Assembly (NCBI RefSeq): GCF_026571515.1
Contig: NW_026852746.1
Location: 62,001 to 126,000, forward strand
Length of the DNA stretch: 64,000 nucleotides
Reading direction: 5' to 3'
Source of the DNA: Ruditapes philippinarum
Lineage: Eukaryota
Positions 28,201 through 43,200 of this stretch are shown in pieces. Numbering within the stretch: the stretch's first letter is position 1; every line of letters starts with the position of its first letter. Under the pieces are notes generated by a model. It was not told the origin of the DNA and did not search any database. It saw only the letters and a list, made by a program, of their open reading frames with translations. Both the position numbers and the translations under genes were made by a program.

Positions 28201-31200
28201 TTGTATCATAAGTACCTATTGAATGTCGAGTACATTACACACTTAAAGTTATACATTTATTCAAGTTATCTTATAATCTTATAATCTACTCGGCAATCCT
28301 CTCATTGCCATTTACATTTAGGAATGTTTTCTAATCATTCATTGAATTATCAGTGATTTATAAGTGTCATGTATGTTACACACTTAATGTATACATGTAC
28401 ATTTATAAGTCTTTTTTATCCTTAAATAAAACATGTGACAAATAAACGTAATTTTCGTTACATACTAATAAATGAAGATTTGTGAAAGTTAATCTATCAT
28501 TAAGATAACGAAAAGAATAATTAGCAAATGACGTGTACGTTACATATAACATATAACATGTATCATAACAAAGGTATATTCTAATTTTACTTTTCGTTTC
28601 ACTATTTTTCAATCTATTTATTTACTATACTTTCACAAAAACTTAAAAAATGTATCCGACGATTTAAGACGACATTTAACTAAACGCTTCCAAAACGTTA
28701 CATATTATTTTATTTACCGTTTTTTGTCCTTTTTTCAGGTCCACTATGTCGAGTAAATCCTCTCACGGACAGGGGGAAGAGATTTCAGCTAATAAAGATC
28801 CTGTGTCTCACTGTTATCCCCATCATGGGGGTGTGGGGGTTCACGATGTACTCTTTGTCAGACAGTGTCAAGAGCAAATCTGATATTGAAGTCGTAAGAT
28901 GATCATTTATGCATTTAATGTTCAGATTTGTTTAATATTTTAAGCACGTTTACATATTCATGCATTTTTTCAATATAATTTTTCAAATAGCAAACAAAAA
29001 TATTGTGAAGCGAATAGTGTGAATTAAGCTCATTTCACTTACATATTCCTAAAAGTGACAAAATAAACAAAAAAGCTCTCTTTTTTGCGCTAGTAATGGA
29101 GTAAATATATGTCGATAAAATGATAAAATCAGTCATGCTTTGCGTAATGCACGTAGCATGTAAGTATTATATAAATTGTAAATTTATGTACTTTTCTTTA
29201 ATTTTTTATTTTTAATATAGTTTTCTGATATTTTTCTGCTTCTCCTTTGAAACTTTGATCGTTGGAGGCGAGCGGCTTTAAAGGTGATTCAGAGGACACA
29301 TTTAGATATATTTAGACGGAAATAATTTGAACTGATAATAATTAATATCCGTAAACATATACACCCTGGAGAAAAAAGTGCTCTTTTGGTTACTATTCAA
29401 AGTTGTGAAATGGAGAAAACGTGACGTAAATAACAAAATGTTAAAGTATTATTTCGTAGCTACCTAGAAAGACAGAAATAAATTTAATACGACATGCACG
29501 TGAGTTTGTAATTACCTCTGAAGGCAAAAAAAAACAACAACGTAATAGACATGTTTTGAAACATTTGATACCTCTATTCTAAAAGCTTATACGTATACAA
29601 TAAATTTAAATAAATTTAAAAGAAGAAATTTACATATCTTAAAGAGTTATACTTTTGATGAACTTTTGGTGCTGTATTGACACATTAGACGTTTAATTAC
29701 GAATCTGACAAAAAAAGAAATAATCTTGACGATAAGAAAATGTCGTCTGCTGCATAAGCATAAAATAGAAAATGGGTTTGCGACCAGCATGGATCTAGAC
29801 CAGCCTGCGCATGCTGTTCGCTGTCAGTTTCTCTACTTGTAATAGGGTGTGTAAGCGAACAGCATGGATCCTGATCAGACTGCGCGGAGGCGCAGGCTGG
29901 TCTGGAACTCTGGATCCATGCTGGTCGCAAACCCATTATGTTGGTTTTGTCGTGACGCGGCTCAAATGTTTTTTTTATCGTGAATTAAGAAATACATCAT
30001 AAATTTTAGATATTGGTCATAAAACATTTTGTCTTCGTGAAGTCATTATTACTTGTAAACAACGGGGATGTCATCCGGGAGACTTAGCGTGTCGATTTCC
30101 CATGATAAGTCCTGTGCCTAAATATTACAAAAAAACGAAAAGTGGCGATTGCAATATAAAATAGAGGGAAAGTAAAACTTGGTTGAGGATTTTCGTAATA
30201 CTAGTATAATATCTTATAATACATGCTAAACAATGTTTAAAATAAATGTTCCTAATCTTTCTGTCCACGTCTGTGACCCAATTACCTACAGAAGAATGTT
30301 CATTGCCTTTATAAGAATATTGAGCTTGTCATTTATATCATTACCAACGGATGACCTATTGGTACTTACTTATTCATAATAGCATGTCCAAATAAAATAA
30401 CGATGATAGTATGAACTGTTTGAAGCAACAAAATATTATGATTGGGCTAATACTGTTTCAATTTTATTGTCTGAAAACGTAGATTATGTTCTAATATATT
30501 CTTTTTCATTTTAATTGCTTTTCTTTTTTATTCACAGGCTAAAAGATCAATGACAGTTGTCGTGATGTTGGGTCGTCTGATACATCGTCTGCAACGTGAA
30601 CGTGACATGAGCGTTCTGTATCTAAGTGACCTTGGACCGGGTACCAAAACCTTCCTGTTGGCTGAGTACATCGCCACTGATGACGCTCTACAGAGACTTT
30701 CAATATGGCCAGGTTGTATCAAAGATTTTTTAATGTTTTTTACTGTTTTTAACTGAATGAACATTGCAGAGTTTCCTAGCGTTAGATATGTACGTTTAAC
30801 GTCAATGTTACATTAAGTGCGGGTCAACGTCCAACAGTACTTGCGTCATATGTAAGTCGCAAGTTACATGATAATCCTAAACTTATATATGTATTGGTCA
30901 GCTTTGTTTTGTTTCTTGTTATCACGCAAGTAACTCTATAACAACAGGATTGTCATTCGGGAGACGTAGATAAACCTTTTAAGTTAACCGATAGATATAA
31001 GACAAATTGTCGTCAATCGAGCCAACGTCGGTTGCCAGGACATGAAATTACTAACAGGAAGTCCGTAGACAACAACTACCTGTGTGCCAAATTGTTTAAT
31101 CCAGTTACTTACCCTGTCTAAGCAAAGATTTTATTGTCATTTCGTGTCATAAAAACAAACGGCCATTGAACTGATGAAAATTTCTAACATACGTATTCAC

Positions 31201-34200
31201 GTATTCACGTCATTCAGTGTCGTCTGCTTTCTTAGTATTAATTTTTTCCGCTGTTGTAATGTAAGGTTTTGTCTAGCAACGTATTTTTTATATGCAAAGT
31301 TAAAACTTTATACTACTCATTTACTAAATTTTCTGTGTAACCTTTACATCATCGTAGTTATTTTTAAGATGATACAAATATATATTTATAAAAATCATAT
31401 AATATCGGCTATTTGAAATCGTCTCAGAAGAGCGTCCGAGGGCTCACGACTAAAACAGATCGAGTCATTTTCATAGTATATGAAAACTTGTCCTTGGAAC
31501 TATTTGTGATATACATTGATTTTGTGACATAAACAAGCCAAAAATACACATATTCCGTACTTGTTATTGCAAAATATCTTGATTTTGGAATATTTGTCTT
31601 CTGATTGTTACGGTCAATGTCAACAGTGATTTATACGTCACCTAAAGCATTTGTTCAAAGGTATGTTGTGGTATGATAATACAACTAGTTGAAAAGGGGT
31701 ATACTGATCAAAATTAAACTTGTTTGCAGATTATATATTCACTGACCAATCGTAAACATTTGACCAATGCGAAAGATGTTTTTATGTAATTTTTTTTATA
31801 ATTTACAGGCAATATAATTATGTAGCTTTCTTTTTTTCATAATTATAATAGGAGTGACAATTTAAGTCTGTTAGTAAATCATATTTACCTATTTAAAACG
31901 GAAGTAACTTTAGTATTATGAAACAGTAAAAGTGGTTAGGTTTACAATGGGCAGACCTTTCATACTTATTTCAAATATTGATAAAAAAAACCAATAGAAA
32001 TATATCATTTCGATATTCTTATAAATGTTTGCTTGAAAAAGATAATGATAAAGTCCTTAATGATTTTGTATGAACATATATATGATGAATTATGTTTTGT
32101 TCTAGAACATTTTATAAATATATGAGCCGCGTTACGACAAAATCAACATAGTGGGTTTGCGACCAGCATGGATCCTGACCAGCCTGCGCATCCGCACAGT
32201 CTGATCAGGATCCATGCTGTTCGCTATCAGTTTCTCTACTTGTAAAAGGGTTGGTAAACGAACAGCATGGATCCTGATCAGACTGCACAAATGCTCAGGC
32301 TGGTCTGGATCCATGCTGGTAACAAATGCATTATGTTGGTTTTGTCATGGCACGGCTCAAATGTAATATCGGATGTATTACTTCTTGTGTGGTTTGTTGT
32401 TATGTCTAATACTAAATACTATCAAAGAACTTATTCATTCTTTTACAGACATTCCGCTACAGAACAATTCACTTTGACGCAAAATTATATTCTCCTTGTT
32501 GTTGTTGTTTTTTTGTATGATAATGTATATGATATTTAGTTTAGTAACTTTTCAAATGACTGCAATCATTTTCCTAAGTACATTGACTCGGGTAAGTGAT
32601 GGGGGGGGGGGGGGAAATACTTTTACATTCATTGTAAAGCAAAGTGTTCAAACCCTAGACTCTATATAGAACGTGTGGAGAATTAAATTTATGGTCAGCC
32701 TGATATTTAATACAAATATTTCTGGTTCTACAGGTTAAGCTAAACATATCAATCTTGCAAACTGGTGTCTCTTTCCTGAAATTATGGGAAACTTTCATCA
32801 TTTACATCCACATTCATGGAATGCCGGCTTATTAAGTACGGTTAATTTCGTGTTATATAATAAACGCCAGATGAGAGCAAAGCAAAACGGTTGTCGGTAA
32901 TATGGACGGTGCAATGCCAATATCTTAACAGAACATATAAATAGTTCACAGTTATATAAACAATGTAGAAGCTAGTTTATAAGATTATCATTTCTTTTCC
33001 TCGAAACAAAGGTAATCAAATAATTATGTGTTTGTCAACACATTTATTAGGTCAAATAATAACGTACGTGCATAAGTACGTCATCAGTTCTCTTATATTC
33101 TCTTTCCGTTGGTAATCTACAAACATATCTGAAGACAATACTTGCTGCTAGCAATTATCTAGAAAGTGCATTGGCAGAACCGGACTTATATATACTTAAA
33201 GGCCCATCGTGGCTTAAACAATGCTTTTCGATTAATTTTTCTCTTGTTTTATATTTATGTGTGTTGTTATGTTTTTTTTCTTTATAAGATACTTATTCGC
33301 AAATAACCTGAAACACCCTTTCAAAACACCCTAAAGTACAAGTATAGTTACTATTTTTTTGTATGGAAGTTTGTTTACATTTTGCTAATCTAATGTCGAA
33401 TAATTTAAAATTTAACATTATAACACCCATGTTTGCCCTTTCTAAAGAAGGGAATATTGCTCCTTTTGTGGGACATTATATGTCTTTAAAGGCACATTAT
33501 ACTTCAGACATGCTTTTATTTTTATTTCTCAAAAGTTTTTAAATTTGGTTAACTTTTATAGTATCCAAAACGTTACTCATTGGCCAATTACCTGGACCAT
33601 CTTGTTTTATCCAATAAGTTCACGGTCTTTCAAATAGAAAAACCCTGTAGTGAGTGAGTATTTGTATGGAAGTCAAAATACTACTTTTTGACATTAATTT
33701 TTTCTCCTTTAATCACAAATAATTTCACAATTTGCGCTATTTTCTACCGGTAACAAGTATCAAACATGCTCTAAAACCATTATTTAAACATTATAAAATT
33801 CGTGTTTGCCGTTTCTAAAAATTTAAAAAAATGTTTCTGAGGCAAAATGCGCCTTTAACGATTTTTTGTGTGAATTTTTTTATGAAGAAACTGCAAACTT
33901 TTATTGTCGCTGTTCTCAAGTGAATTAAACTGCAAATGCTTCTACACAATGTAATTCTAAATCTTTGAATGTATTTTTATTATGAGATTAATTGTTTATT
34001 TCAGGTGAATTAAAAGTAAGCCCACGTGAAGAATTCCGCAGTAAAGCTAACTTAATGACCTACATTTCTCAACATAGAAACTCCCTCAACCCAGCAACAG
34101 TAGATCTATATGTTGAAATCAACTTTTATAGTTCGATCACAAGGTATGTTTTAAAAATGTATGGTGGCTAAGGAGCGCCGTAAGTTAACTTCTGTGCATT

Positions 34201-37200
34201 GAACCGCAAAGTGCGAGAGATGTATGGTGGCTGATTTGGAACATCGTATTTGCTTGCGCTCAGTGCGCTGCATGTCAAAAAAAAAAGACAATCTTTTTAA
34301 ACATTTGTATCATAAGCTGACTACACGTGTAAAACAATAACTGAACATTTATAAAAAGTCACAACTTTTATAACCATATTATTAATCTTGACTCGAACTT
34401 TCAAGTACATACAAACCATACCATGTCCAGAAAATGCAACTATCTATTTTCATAATCTTGACATTTCCGGTTTGCCTATTTACCTTAATGACGAACATCT
34501 TTATTGTATATTTTAGAAGAGAAAATGTTATAACTACAGTCTAAAACTTTTCTATCTTTTATACAGAGAGTTTTTAGAGTGGCTGGTGGAGAATATAAAG
34601 GGTTCGGGTTTCGGGTCAACCTGGAAGACGCTGGTGGCATATCAGAAGATAACCAGATGTAAAGAGAACATAGGCGTGGAACGAGCATATGGAGCCATGT
34701 TTTATGCTTACGGTGGTGAGTATGAGAACTAATTCTGTAATAATCATTCTAACATGATTCACATTATTCCCCTTTTAAACAAATAGGACAATAAAGAACA
34801 TCATTACATGGTATATGTACGCCTTATGACGTCATATATGTCATGACGACAGATGACGAATTACTTATACGCTCAATGTAGTGCAACATATTTTTATCAA
34901 GTCTTTATCATATTAGCATGCTAGAATGAAAATAGATATTTTATTTTTCTTGCATTAAAGTATGATAATGTTTAAAAATGCTTTGTATTTAAACACAAGA
35001 ACTATCGGCCGTCGTGATCATATTACTGCGCATTTGAACCAAAACCGTGCATTATTTCTCAAAAATGTACTCAAAATTGTTACACATTTTTCCTCAATAA
35101 ATACAAATAGTTCGCTGATATAATCCTAATATATCCATACGTAAAAGTGGAAGTTTTTAATTAATGTGAGTTGTTAAACCACTGCTAAACTTATTTTTTC
35201 CTGCCAACAACTTTATTTTCATCGTCTGCATTAAATCTTTCAAATGTATGAGCGGTTATAGTGAATGCAAGATGGTTGGTTAGTGCACGTGCTGTAACAC
35301 TTGATGAAAATCTTCAGAAATAAAATAAGATTTAGAGTTAGATATGGTGAAATAACGTGCATTAATATGCTTACTCATAGAGATACAAAAACTATACAAA
35401 AACAAAACAACTAAATATCAACAATGAATTGACAACTTGACATATGGTTTATGTACCGATTGCTTTAAAGGCACATTATGCATCGAAAATATTTGAATTT
35501 CTATTTCTCTTTCTTTATAAGTACTTTAATTTTATAGTTTTCGAAAAGTTATTTATTAGCCTATTCATTAAATCATCTGTACTTTTTTGCTGCTTTTTTG
35601 GCAATCGGGTCGGTTATAGTGTTTAAGTATTGTGCTTACATTTACATTTACCCTTATATGACAAATATTTTCACATTTAGTTTTACTTTCTTTAGAATAC
35701 AAGCATCTAACATTCTCTACACTCATTATTTAATCGTTTTGATACTCATGTTTGACCTTTTCCAAAGAAGTCAACATTATTTTATTCGTTTCTGAGACAT
35801 TTAATGTGCCTTTAATCTTGTTTATTTATATACTACCTGTATAATTTATTATGTTATTTAATTCAGTTTGCCTGATTATATTATATTTCAGTTTTGTTGC
35901 TAAATTTGAAACTGATAAAGAATAATGTTTTCTAAGATGTCATTTTTGTCTTTTAATCTGTGCTTGAAATAAAACTCCAGAATTTTCAATTAAGACACGT
36001 ATATTTCCCATCTGCTCCGTTTCTTCAAGTTTCTCCACATATATGAGCCGCGTCATGACAAAACCAACATAGTGCGTTTGCGACCAGCATGGATCCAGAC
36101 CAGCCTGCGCATCCGCGCAGTCTGATCAGGATCCATGCTGTTCGCTTACAAACCCTATTACAAGAGGTGAAACTGATAGCGAACAGCATGGATCCTGATC
36201 AGACTGCGTGGATGCGCAGGCTGGTCTGGATACATGCTGGTCGCAAACCCATTATGTTGGTTTTGTCGTGACGCGGCTCACTGTCAATAGAGGCTTAATC
36301 TAACTGTTTTTGTTAATCAACATCTGCACGAGGACGTATTAAATTTAAAGTCTGAGTCCGCACGGCGAGGGAATTCATACGTCTGTTGATTTCTGCAGAT
36401 GTTAAAATGGATTAATCTACAATGGGTACATTTTGCATATAAAGTATTTTCAAATATTGATTTGAAAACAATAGAAATGTTTCATACGATTTTCTTATAA
36501 AATATTGCTTGAACAAAATTTTTGATAACGCTCTTGTTGATTTATGATGAACTTCTGAAACACTTTTTTATGCTATATAAAATATGTAATACTGGATCAA
36601 ATATCACACACATGCCAACAATTTTTCTGTGTGTAATTCTTTCGTGGTTTGTTTTTATATCTAAGACATGTACTAAATACTGCCAACGTAATTATTCGAC
36701 TCAGTTATCTCGTGGCCACGACTTAGTAACTCGTGGCCACGACATAGTATCTCGTGGCCACGACTAAGCTATATCGTGGCCACGACTTAGTAACTCGTGG
36801 CCACGACATAGTATCTCGTGGCCACGACTTAGCTATCTCGTGGCCACGACTTAGTAACTCGTGGCCACGACATAGTATTTCGTGCGCACGAAATAAATAA
36901 AAACACACACGTGTCACCTTTGTGCCCCCATAGTTATAAGTTCCTGTTGACTTCAATTAAAATACATCTTTAACATTAGACAAAAATGGGAGCATATCTC
37001 AACGTCAAATTGACAAAAAATACAATAATTATGCTACAAATATATGACCATGATTTATTTCATTCCAGGATTTCCCAGTTGGAGTGATTTCGAATTTTAC
37101 AATGAGCAGATACATGACTTCAAATACAATTATAAGACGGCAGTCTTCTACTCGGCATTGGTCGTGCCACTACATACCGAGGAGGTGAAAGAAATCAAAT

Positions 37201-40200
37201 CATCCGGTCTGAATATCACATCTATAATGAACACTTATAGGTGATAGCAAAACACTTGTATTTTATAAAGTCGTCATGTATCAGTCCAGGCATTAAGCAA
37301 TACATTACAATATTACAATACATTACAGTATATAACGTACCTACATGTACATTGTATTTTGAACTGCTAGTCCTTCTGAGTATCCCATTGTATTCTTACT
37401 AATTTCTTGAAGACTGGTGATATATGGCTACATATTACTATTATTATTAGTATTTCATTTTACATGTGTGCACGTGCTATGAATAGCCATTATTTANNNN
37501 NNNNNNNNNNNNNNNNNNNNNNNNNNNNNNNNNNNNNNNNNNNNNNNNNNNNNNNNNNNNNNNNNNNNNNNNNNNNNNNNNNNNNNNNNNNNNNNNNNNN
37601 NNNNNNNNNNNNNNNNNNNNNNNNNNNNNNNNGCAAACAAAACTACAAAAAGTTCTTTATTGTATTGTTTTACAAGCGAAATCAAGTATGTCGCTCGGAA
37701 TTTGGAATCCCACTTGATACGCAAAGCGCTTTGTTTCTTTTCATTATATATCTGTTAGCTTATATACTCCTATAATATAACAATTATGCACGTGATTCTC
37801 GTGTAACATAAGCTTCTATAAAACATCTGTGAAGTATTAAAGTTCTTAAGAACTCTTAATCCAGTGAGAGTAAATCCAAGCCCTTAAGCAAAACCGCACA
37901 CGCATATGTGTGATAACTTGTATTTCTCATTGAATAAAACGTTTTTTACTTTACCCAACCTGTTTCCCTTTCCCTAATTTATTAAGTTTAAATTGCTATA
38001 CATCCGGGTACTTCAGTGATGATAATAATCCCAAGGCAAAAAAAGTGCAAGGAGCAACCTCAAGTAGGTGTTGTAGAAATGAGTAAACTTTAAGTTCAGA
38101 AGAACTTTAAAAAAGTTTACCGTATTATTTTTTTTAAATTAAATAATTATTTAACCATAATGTTTGTGTATGAGCGCACGCTTACCTCTATTTCTATAAA
38201 TACATTTTTTGAAAAGTAATCAATATTTGGTTTCCGTCATCTTCCATCTTGTTATCTTGTATTTCTTCGGGGACAAACATTACCTTATCCTCTATCAATA
38301 AACTTCTATATTATACAAAGATGTTTGACAAGTTATATGCCCGTAAATAAACGGTTGTTTGTATATAAATGATTAAATTGCAAATAACCGTTAATATACG
38401 GCCATACAACAGCAAACTTTCTTTCTTAGACAAAAATTGAAATAATTTCATAAAGCGACAGCAGATGTTTATACAGATTATATAAACGTCGAGGTCATTC
38501 AGTGAAAAACGACGTTTCAAACGTGCAGCATTATAAAAACTGTATGAAAATTTAGCAAAGCTTGTCCGCACATATAAAGTCTAATAAATTAATACATTTG
38601 TCTTCTAAAGAAATGGCAAGCATATGATTCGGTGTGTTTTAAAATGGATTAACATAAGGCTGTTTGCCTTTCATTGGAAGAAAAAAAAAAGCGTTGAATT
38701 TGAAATAAAACGTTAGACAAAGCTAAGTGATATCTTGACATCCATAAAAAATCACATACTGTATTTAAATTCCAAAAGGTGAAGAAACCGAAAAAAGATC
38801 AACAAATTATACGTGACAAATGAGTGCCTTTTAAAAAAACAGAAGCACGACAATTAAACTTGAAAAACTTTAAAGAAATGAAAAAGAGCATTTTCCGGAA
38901 ATCAATCGGCCTTTTTTAAGTATTTCACCCGTTTCAATATTTAAATCTTTTTTAAAGGAACAGAAGAAGTTTCCAATGTTTCTAATTAAACTTATTCTAT
39001 CAACAGATATGAAATTCAGTATCATGACCCCCAGAAAAATTATACTTCAAACGAGAAGGCTAAATGGTTTTTTGATAACATGACGGAGTATTTGGACTCA
39101 CTTTTGCTGATCCAAGAAGAGGTGGCCCATAGAATATCGGAGGAGGTCGACATTGTCCTGGCGCAGGTGGTTTTTAAGGTAAAGCAAGATAATTTTTTGT
39201 ATATAATTTCTAATACAATGTAACAGTAACATTTATATGTGATTTTAAAGCGTATGATGCTGTGTGACACCGCACGTTGGGGTCAAACACACTTTGTAGT
39301 CCGAGCCCAAAGTGCGCTTTTACAATGTTCTAAAATAAATGAATTTTTTATTAAATTAATAACTGATTCACATGTTAATTAATCAGCCACCACATTTATC
39401 TGTTCGGTGCAACTTGACTTATCATACAACATTACTTTGGACATATCGTCCGACTTCGCAGCATAAACTGTGAATGAATGCCTTTGTAAGCGGCTCTGTG
39501 TGCATGTGACATTGTAAGCTATAAAGAAGATGCCGTTTACTTGAATAGCGATGCAACGTCCTCTATGGAACAATAAGGGGAAAATTTGAACCGATGTTGG
39601 TAACAATTTAGTCACGGAAATATTGTATAACATCATATCACATTTCAGGTTGTAGTGTATGCTGTACTGGTGGTGGTAGTCATAGGCATGTGTCCAATCA
39701 TCATGTTTTCTTCCGAGGCACTGGCCAGCGATATCCAGAAATATACACAGACCTTGGTTCATAAAACAACGGAGCTTAACATTGAGAAACATAAAGCCGA
39801 TACACTTATATTCCAGGTATGTTCAGTTGTTTTAATTTCCTGTGCGAAAATCAAGTCACTTTAGCTTAAAAGAAGCGACATATTGATAACAATACGACTG
39901 GTCAATATAACCCGAAGTCTTATTTTCGGTTATCTAAAATTTGTAAAATCGATTTTGCTTTAAAATCAGAGAAAATCAATAAAACCGACTATTATAAATA
40001 ATCAAGGCATTGATTAACTCCACCGAGAGGTTTTAGAATATGAGCTATAGGTCCTTCGCCTGCTTCATCCGATTCAGACCCAGATGTATTTTATACAATA
40101 GATTTAAGTGTAGCTCTATCTATGTATTTTCGAAAAATATCATTGTGGAGATACATAACTAAATCTAATATTACAAAAGATAGTACAAGTTGAATTGTGT

Positions 40201-43200
40201 CACTGTGCAATAAATGATACAACGACCCGAAGTAAAAGGTTCTTGTAATGACATAAACCATTGAAATGTAAAGACTTGAAGTAAATGATACAGTGACTTG
40301 GTTTCTACACTATTGTCATCAGATATGACAGAGCAGATTTTATAGAGTAAGTAATATTTCTAACCATCGAATTGCCCACATGTTGCAGAACGATTTAATT
40401 TTTGTTCTTCTAATGAATAACTTCATAAAGGGCGTTATGAACTTATGACATTCGTTGGAAGCAAACAATAAAGGAAAGATAGTGGAATGGTCATGTAATA
40501 TCTTTTAATTTCAGATGGTACCAAAGTCTATAGCAAAGAAACTAAGAAGCCAATGTTCGTATGTCGAATCCGACTACTTTAAAAGTGCGTCGATTCTGTT
40601 TGCGGATATCTTCGGTTTTAACCAAATCTCAATGAAACTTTCACCCATCGAGCTTGTAACCTTCTTGCACACGTTGTACCTGGCGTTAGACGAGAGAATA
40701 GACAACTATGATGTTTATAAAGTGGAGACAATAAATGACTGTTACATGGTAGCGTCAGGTAGGTTTTGTTTAAAGACCAATCACGACATACATACACATG
40801 TTTAATACCGGTTATATTATGGCGTTATGTGATAGCGTTATGTGTGTCTCAGTGTAATATAAATATATATGCTTGTGTATGTGGTTGGTCTTTAATGCGC
40901 TGGTTTATATTCACTTAAAGCCCCAGTGCGATATCCATTCAAACGTCTGTGCCCTGATTGTTAGAAATTGGCATCAGATTGTTAGTTTAAAGACCCAACT
41001 GGACCTTAAACATTGTGTTTTCACTATTGTTATAACATAGTTATAGGTAGGTAAATTAGATATACAAGAATTTTTTCAAACACATTTATTACTTTTGTCC
41101 ACTTTTGCGATGACCAAGAACAAATATTTCTTTAATTATGCCCAAAACTATAAATAATAGAATTTGATATTTGCGTTTTCGTTGCATGGATATTCTTTAA
41201 AAAAAAATAATTTAATTTTTTAATACTTTTTATTTAATTACCCTTGATTTAATGATAAAAATGAATGAATTTTTAATTAAAATAAAAAATGTTAGAACAA
41301 ATTCCGTTCCATTAAATTTTTCATGCATGCGACTTTTCACGTCTGCTACTGGAATACCATTTACTTATGATATCTCGAGAAATTGCAGATACTTAAATTG
41401 TTTTGTTTTTTTATTCTTCATATTAGGTATTCCTATTAGAAATGGCGAGAATCATGTGGCGGAAACAGCGACCTTGGCACTTGACCTCCTACACGTCATG
41501 AATCACATGACCTTTCCGTTCAATATAAATAGAAATGTCAATATCAGGATTGGAATTCATACGGGTATTTTGATTGGTCGATATTTGAGCCATTTTCATT
41601 TGGAAATATATTACAAACAGTTTCATTGGTTCCCTAGAATGACTGAACGATATATCAATGAATGTTTATTTTAGTTCTTTCATTTTCCTTCCTTAAAAAG
41701 ACTAAATGTGAATGTATTTCTTTTAGTAAAAATGGTAAAAGAGTATTATTTGAGTCATCTTACGCTAAAAGAACGATATTCAGTTCGGAAACTATAAACT
41801 ATATCAATGTTAAAAGATAGAACACACTGTTATTGTTTCTTGCTTCATAAACAATGCACAATCTGAACATAATTTCACAAGAGAATGCTATCTTTATAAA
41901 ATACTAGCAACTGTGACTTTTAACATAGCAAATAAAATAATAAAAAGCTAAATTTAAAAACCGTTTCTTATTTGCAAATTACTCGTTATGGCCAGGTCTT
42001 GACAAAATGTGGGACTTATTAACACTTTGATGTAGTTTATTAACATGTTAATTAAAATAAATGTTTCAGGTGCTTGTATGGCAGGGATTGTCGGAACAAT
42101 GATGTTGAAGTATTGTTTATTCGGACCTACTGTATATATTGCAAGTAGAATGAAATCTAGTGGACTCCGTGAGTTGTTGTCATATAGTATTTTAATTGAG
42201 CATTTCTTGTTTTATTTCGAATCGGCTTCACTTGTTTTGATCTTTTTTCAAGTGATTTAGCGTCAGCTGATTTAGCGTCAATTCTCTTTAAAGGTTGTAT
42301 GTCAGTTATTTGTAGCAAAACGAATACATCATATTTCTAGTCTAGAAAAGGCTTGCAACCAAACATGAACTTCATTGTTTAAACAACTAGATCCGCCAAA
42401 TTGTGATAAAAGACAAGGAATCTTGTCGTCACGAAATTCTTATTTTTGAGCAATGTATGTAATGTTAGTACCGCTAGCTAGTCCGTCTGGTTTGTCCGTG
42501 TTCATATTGACACAATCATTACAAAGACAAAAGCTCTTCAGCAACATATGATATCAATTGATGGGTGACAATCGTTGTCTTGCATTCCAGTCATTACGCT
42601 TGCTTTGCCTTTTTTGTCGTTTTATAACGTGTAAATGATAACTATCACCGAAAAGAATTTTGATTTACCGACACGTATCGACCAATAACAGCTTTATAAA
42701 ACAAAAGTTCTGTAATATAATTATGTTGGTATCATAAGTTGTCAAATTTCAAGGAATGACGATGTTCCAGTGTAGTCCAGAGTCAATTTGTCTTTTTTCT
42801 AAAGATATATACAATTTATTATCATGTATACTTTCAGCAAATAAAATTCACGTAAGCGACCAAATGTTTAGTAGCCTGATGAAATGCGGAAAGTTCAAAA
42901 TGAGGATACGTGGTACTATTGAAGTTTCGGTAAAACATCCTGTTTGTTTTTTAACAAGTTGCTTTCTAAAGGTTTTACTCTTCGACACATGTTTGTTGAA
43001 CATTAAATTGTGTTTGTGACCTTGATTGTCAGAAAAGGGCATGCTTTTTCTTACTGATAAAGAAATACTTGTAGGAGTACCTAGCTACGCAGTACTTGAA
43101 TTTCTTCAGTGTCTCTAAAACGGTTAAAAGGCTTGAAAATTTTGTAACACGGCTTTTAGTTTTTAAGCTACTTATCCTCACCATCTTCGTCAGTATTTAT

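Noticed and set aside
36089-36271. Recurring MDPDQ... peptides (also 32132, 32267, 29697, 29811)
   Set aside because: Translations of the foldback MITE family A, not genes.
36703-36895. CRISPR-like array of palindromic repeats (also 62510-62705)
   Set aside because: The linkers are only 7-8 nt and recur, there are no cas genes, and the context is eukaryotic; this is a TE-borne minisatellite.
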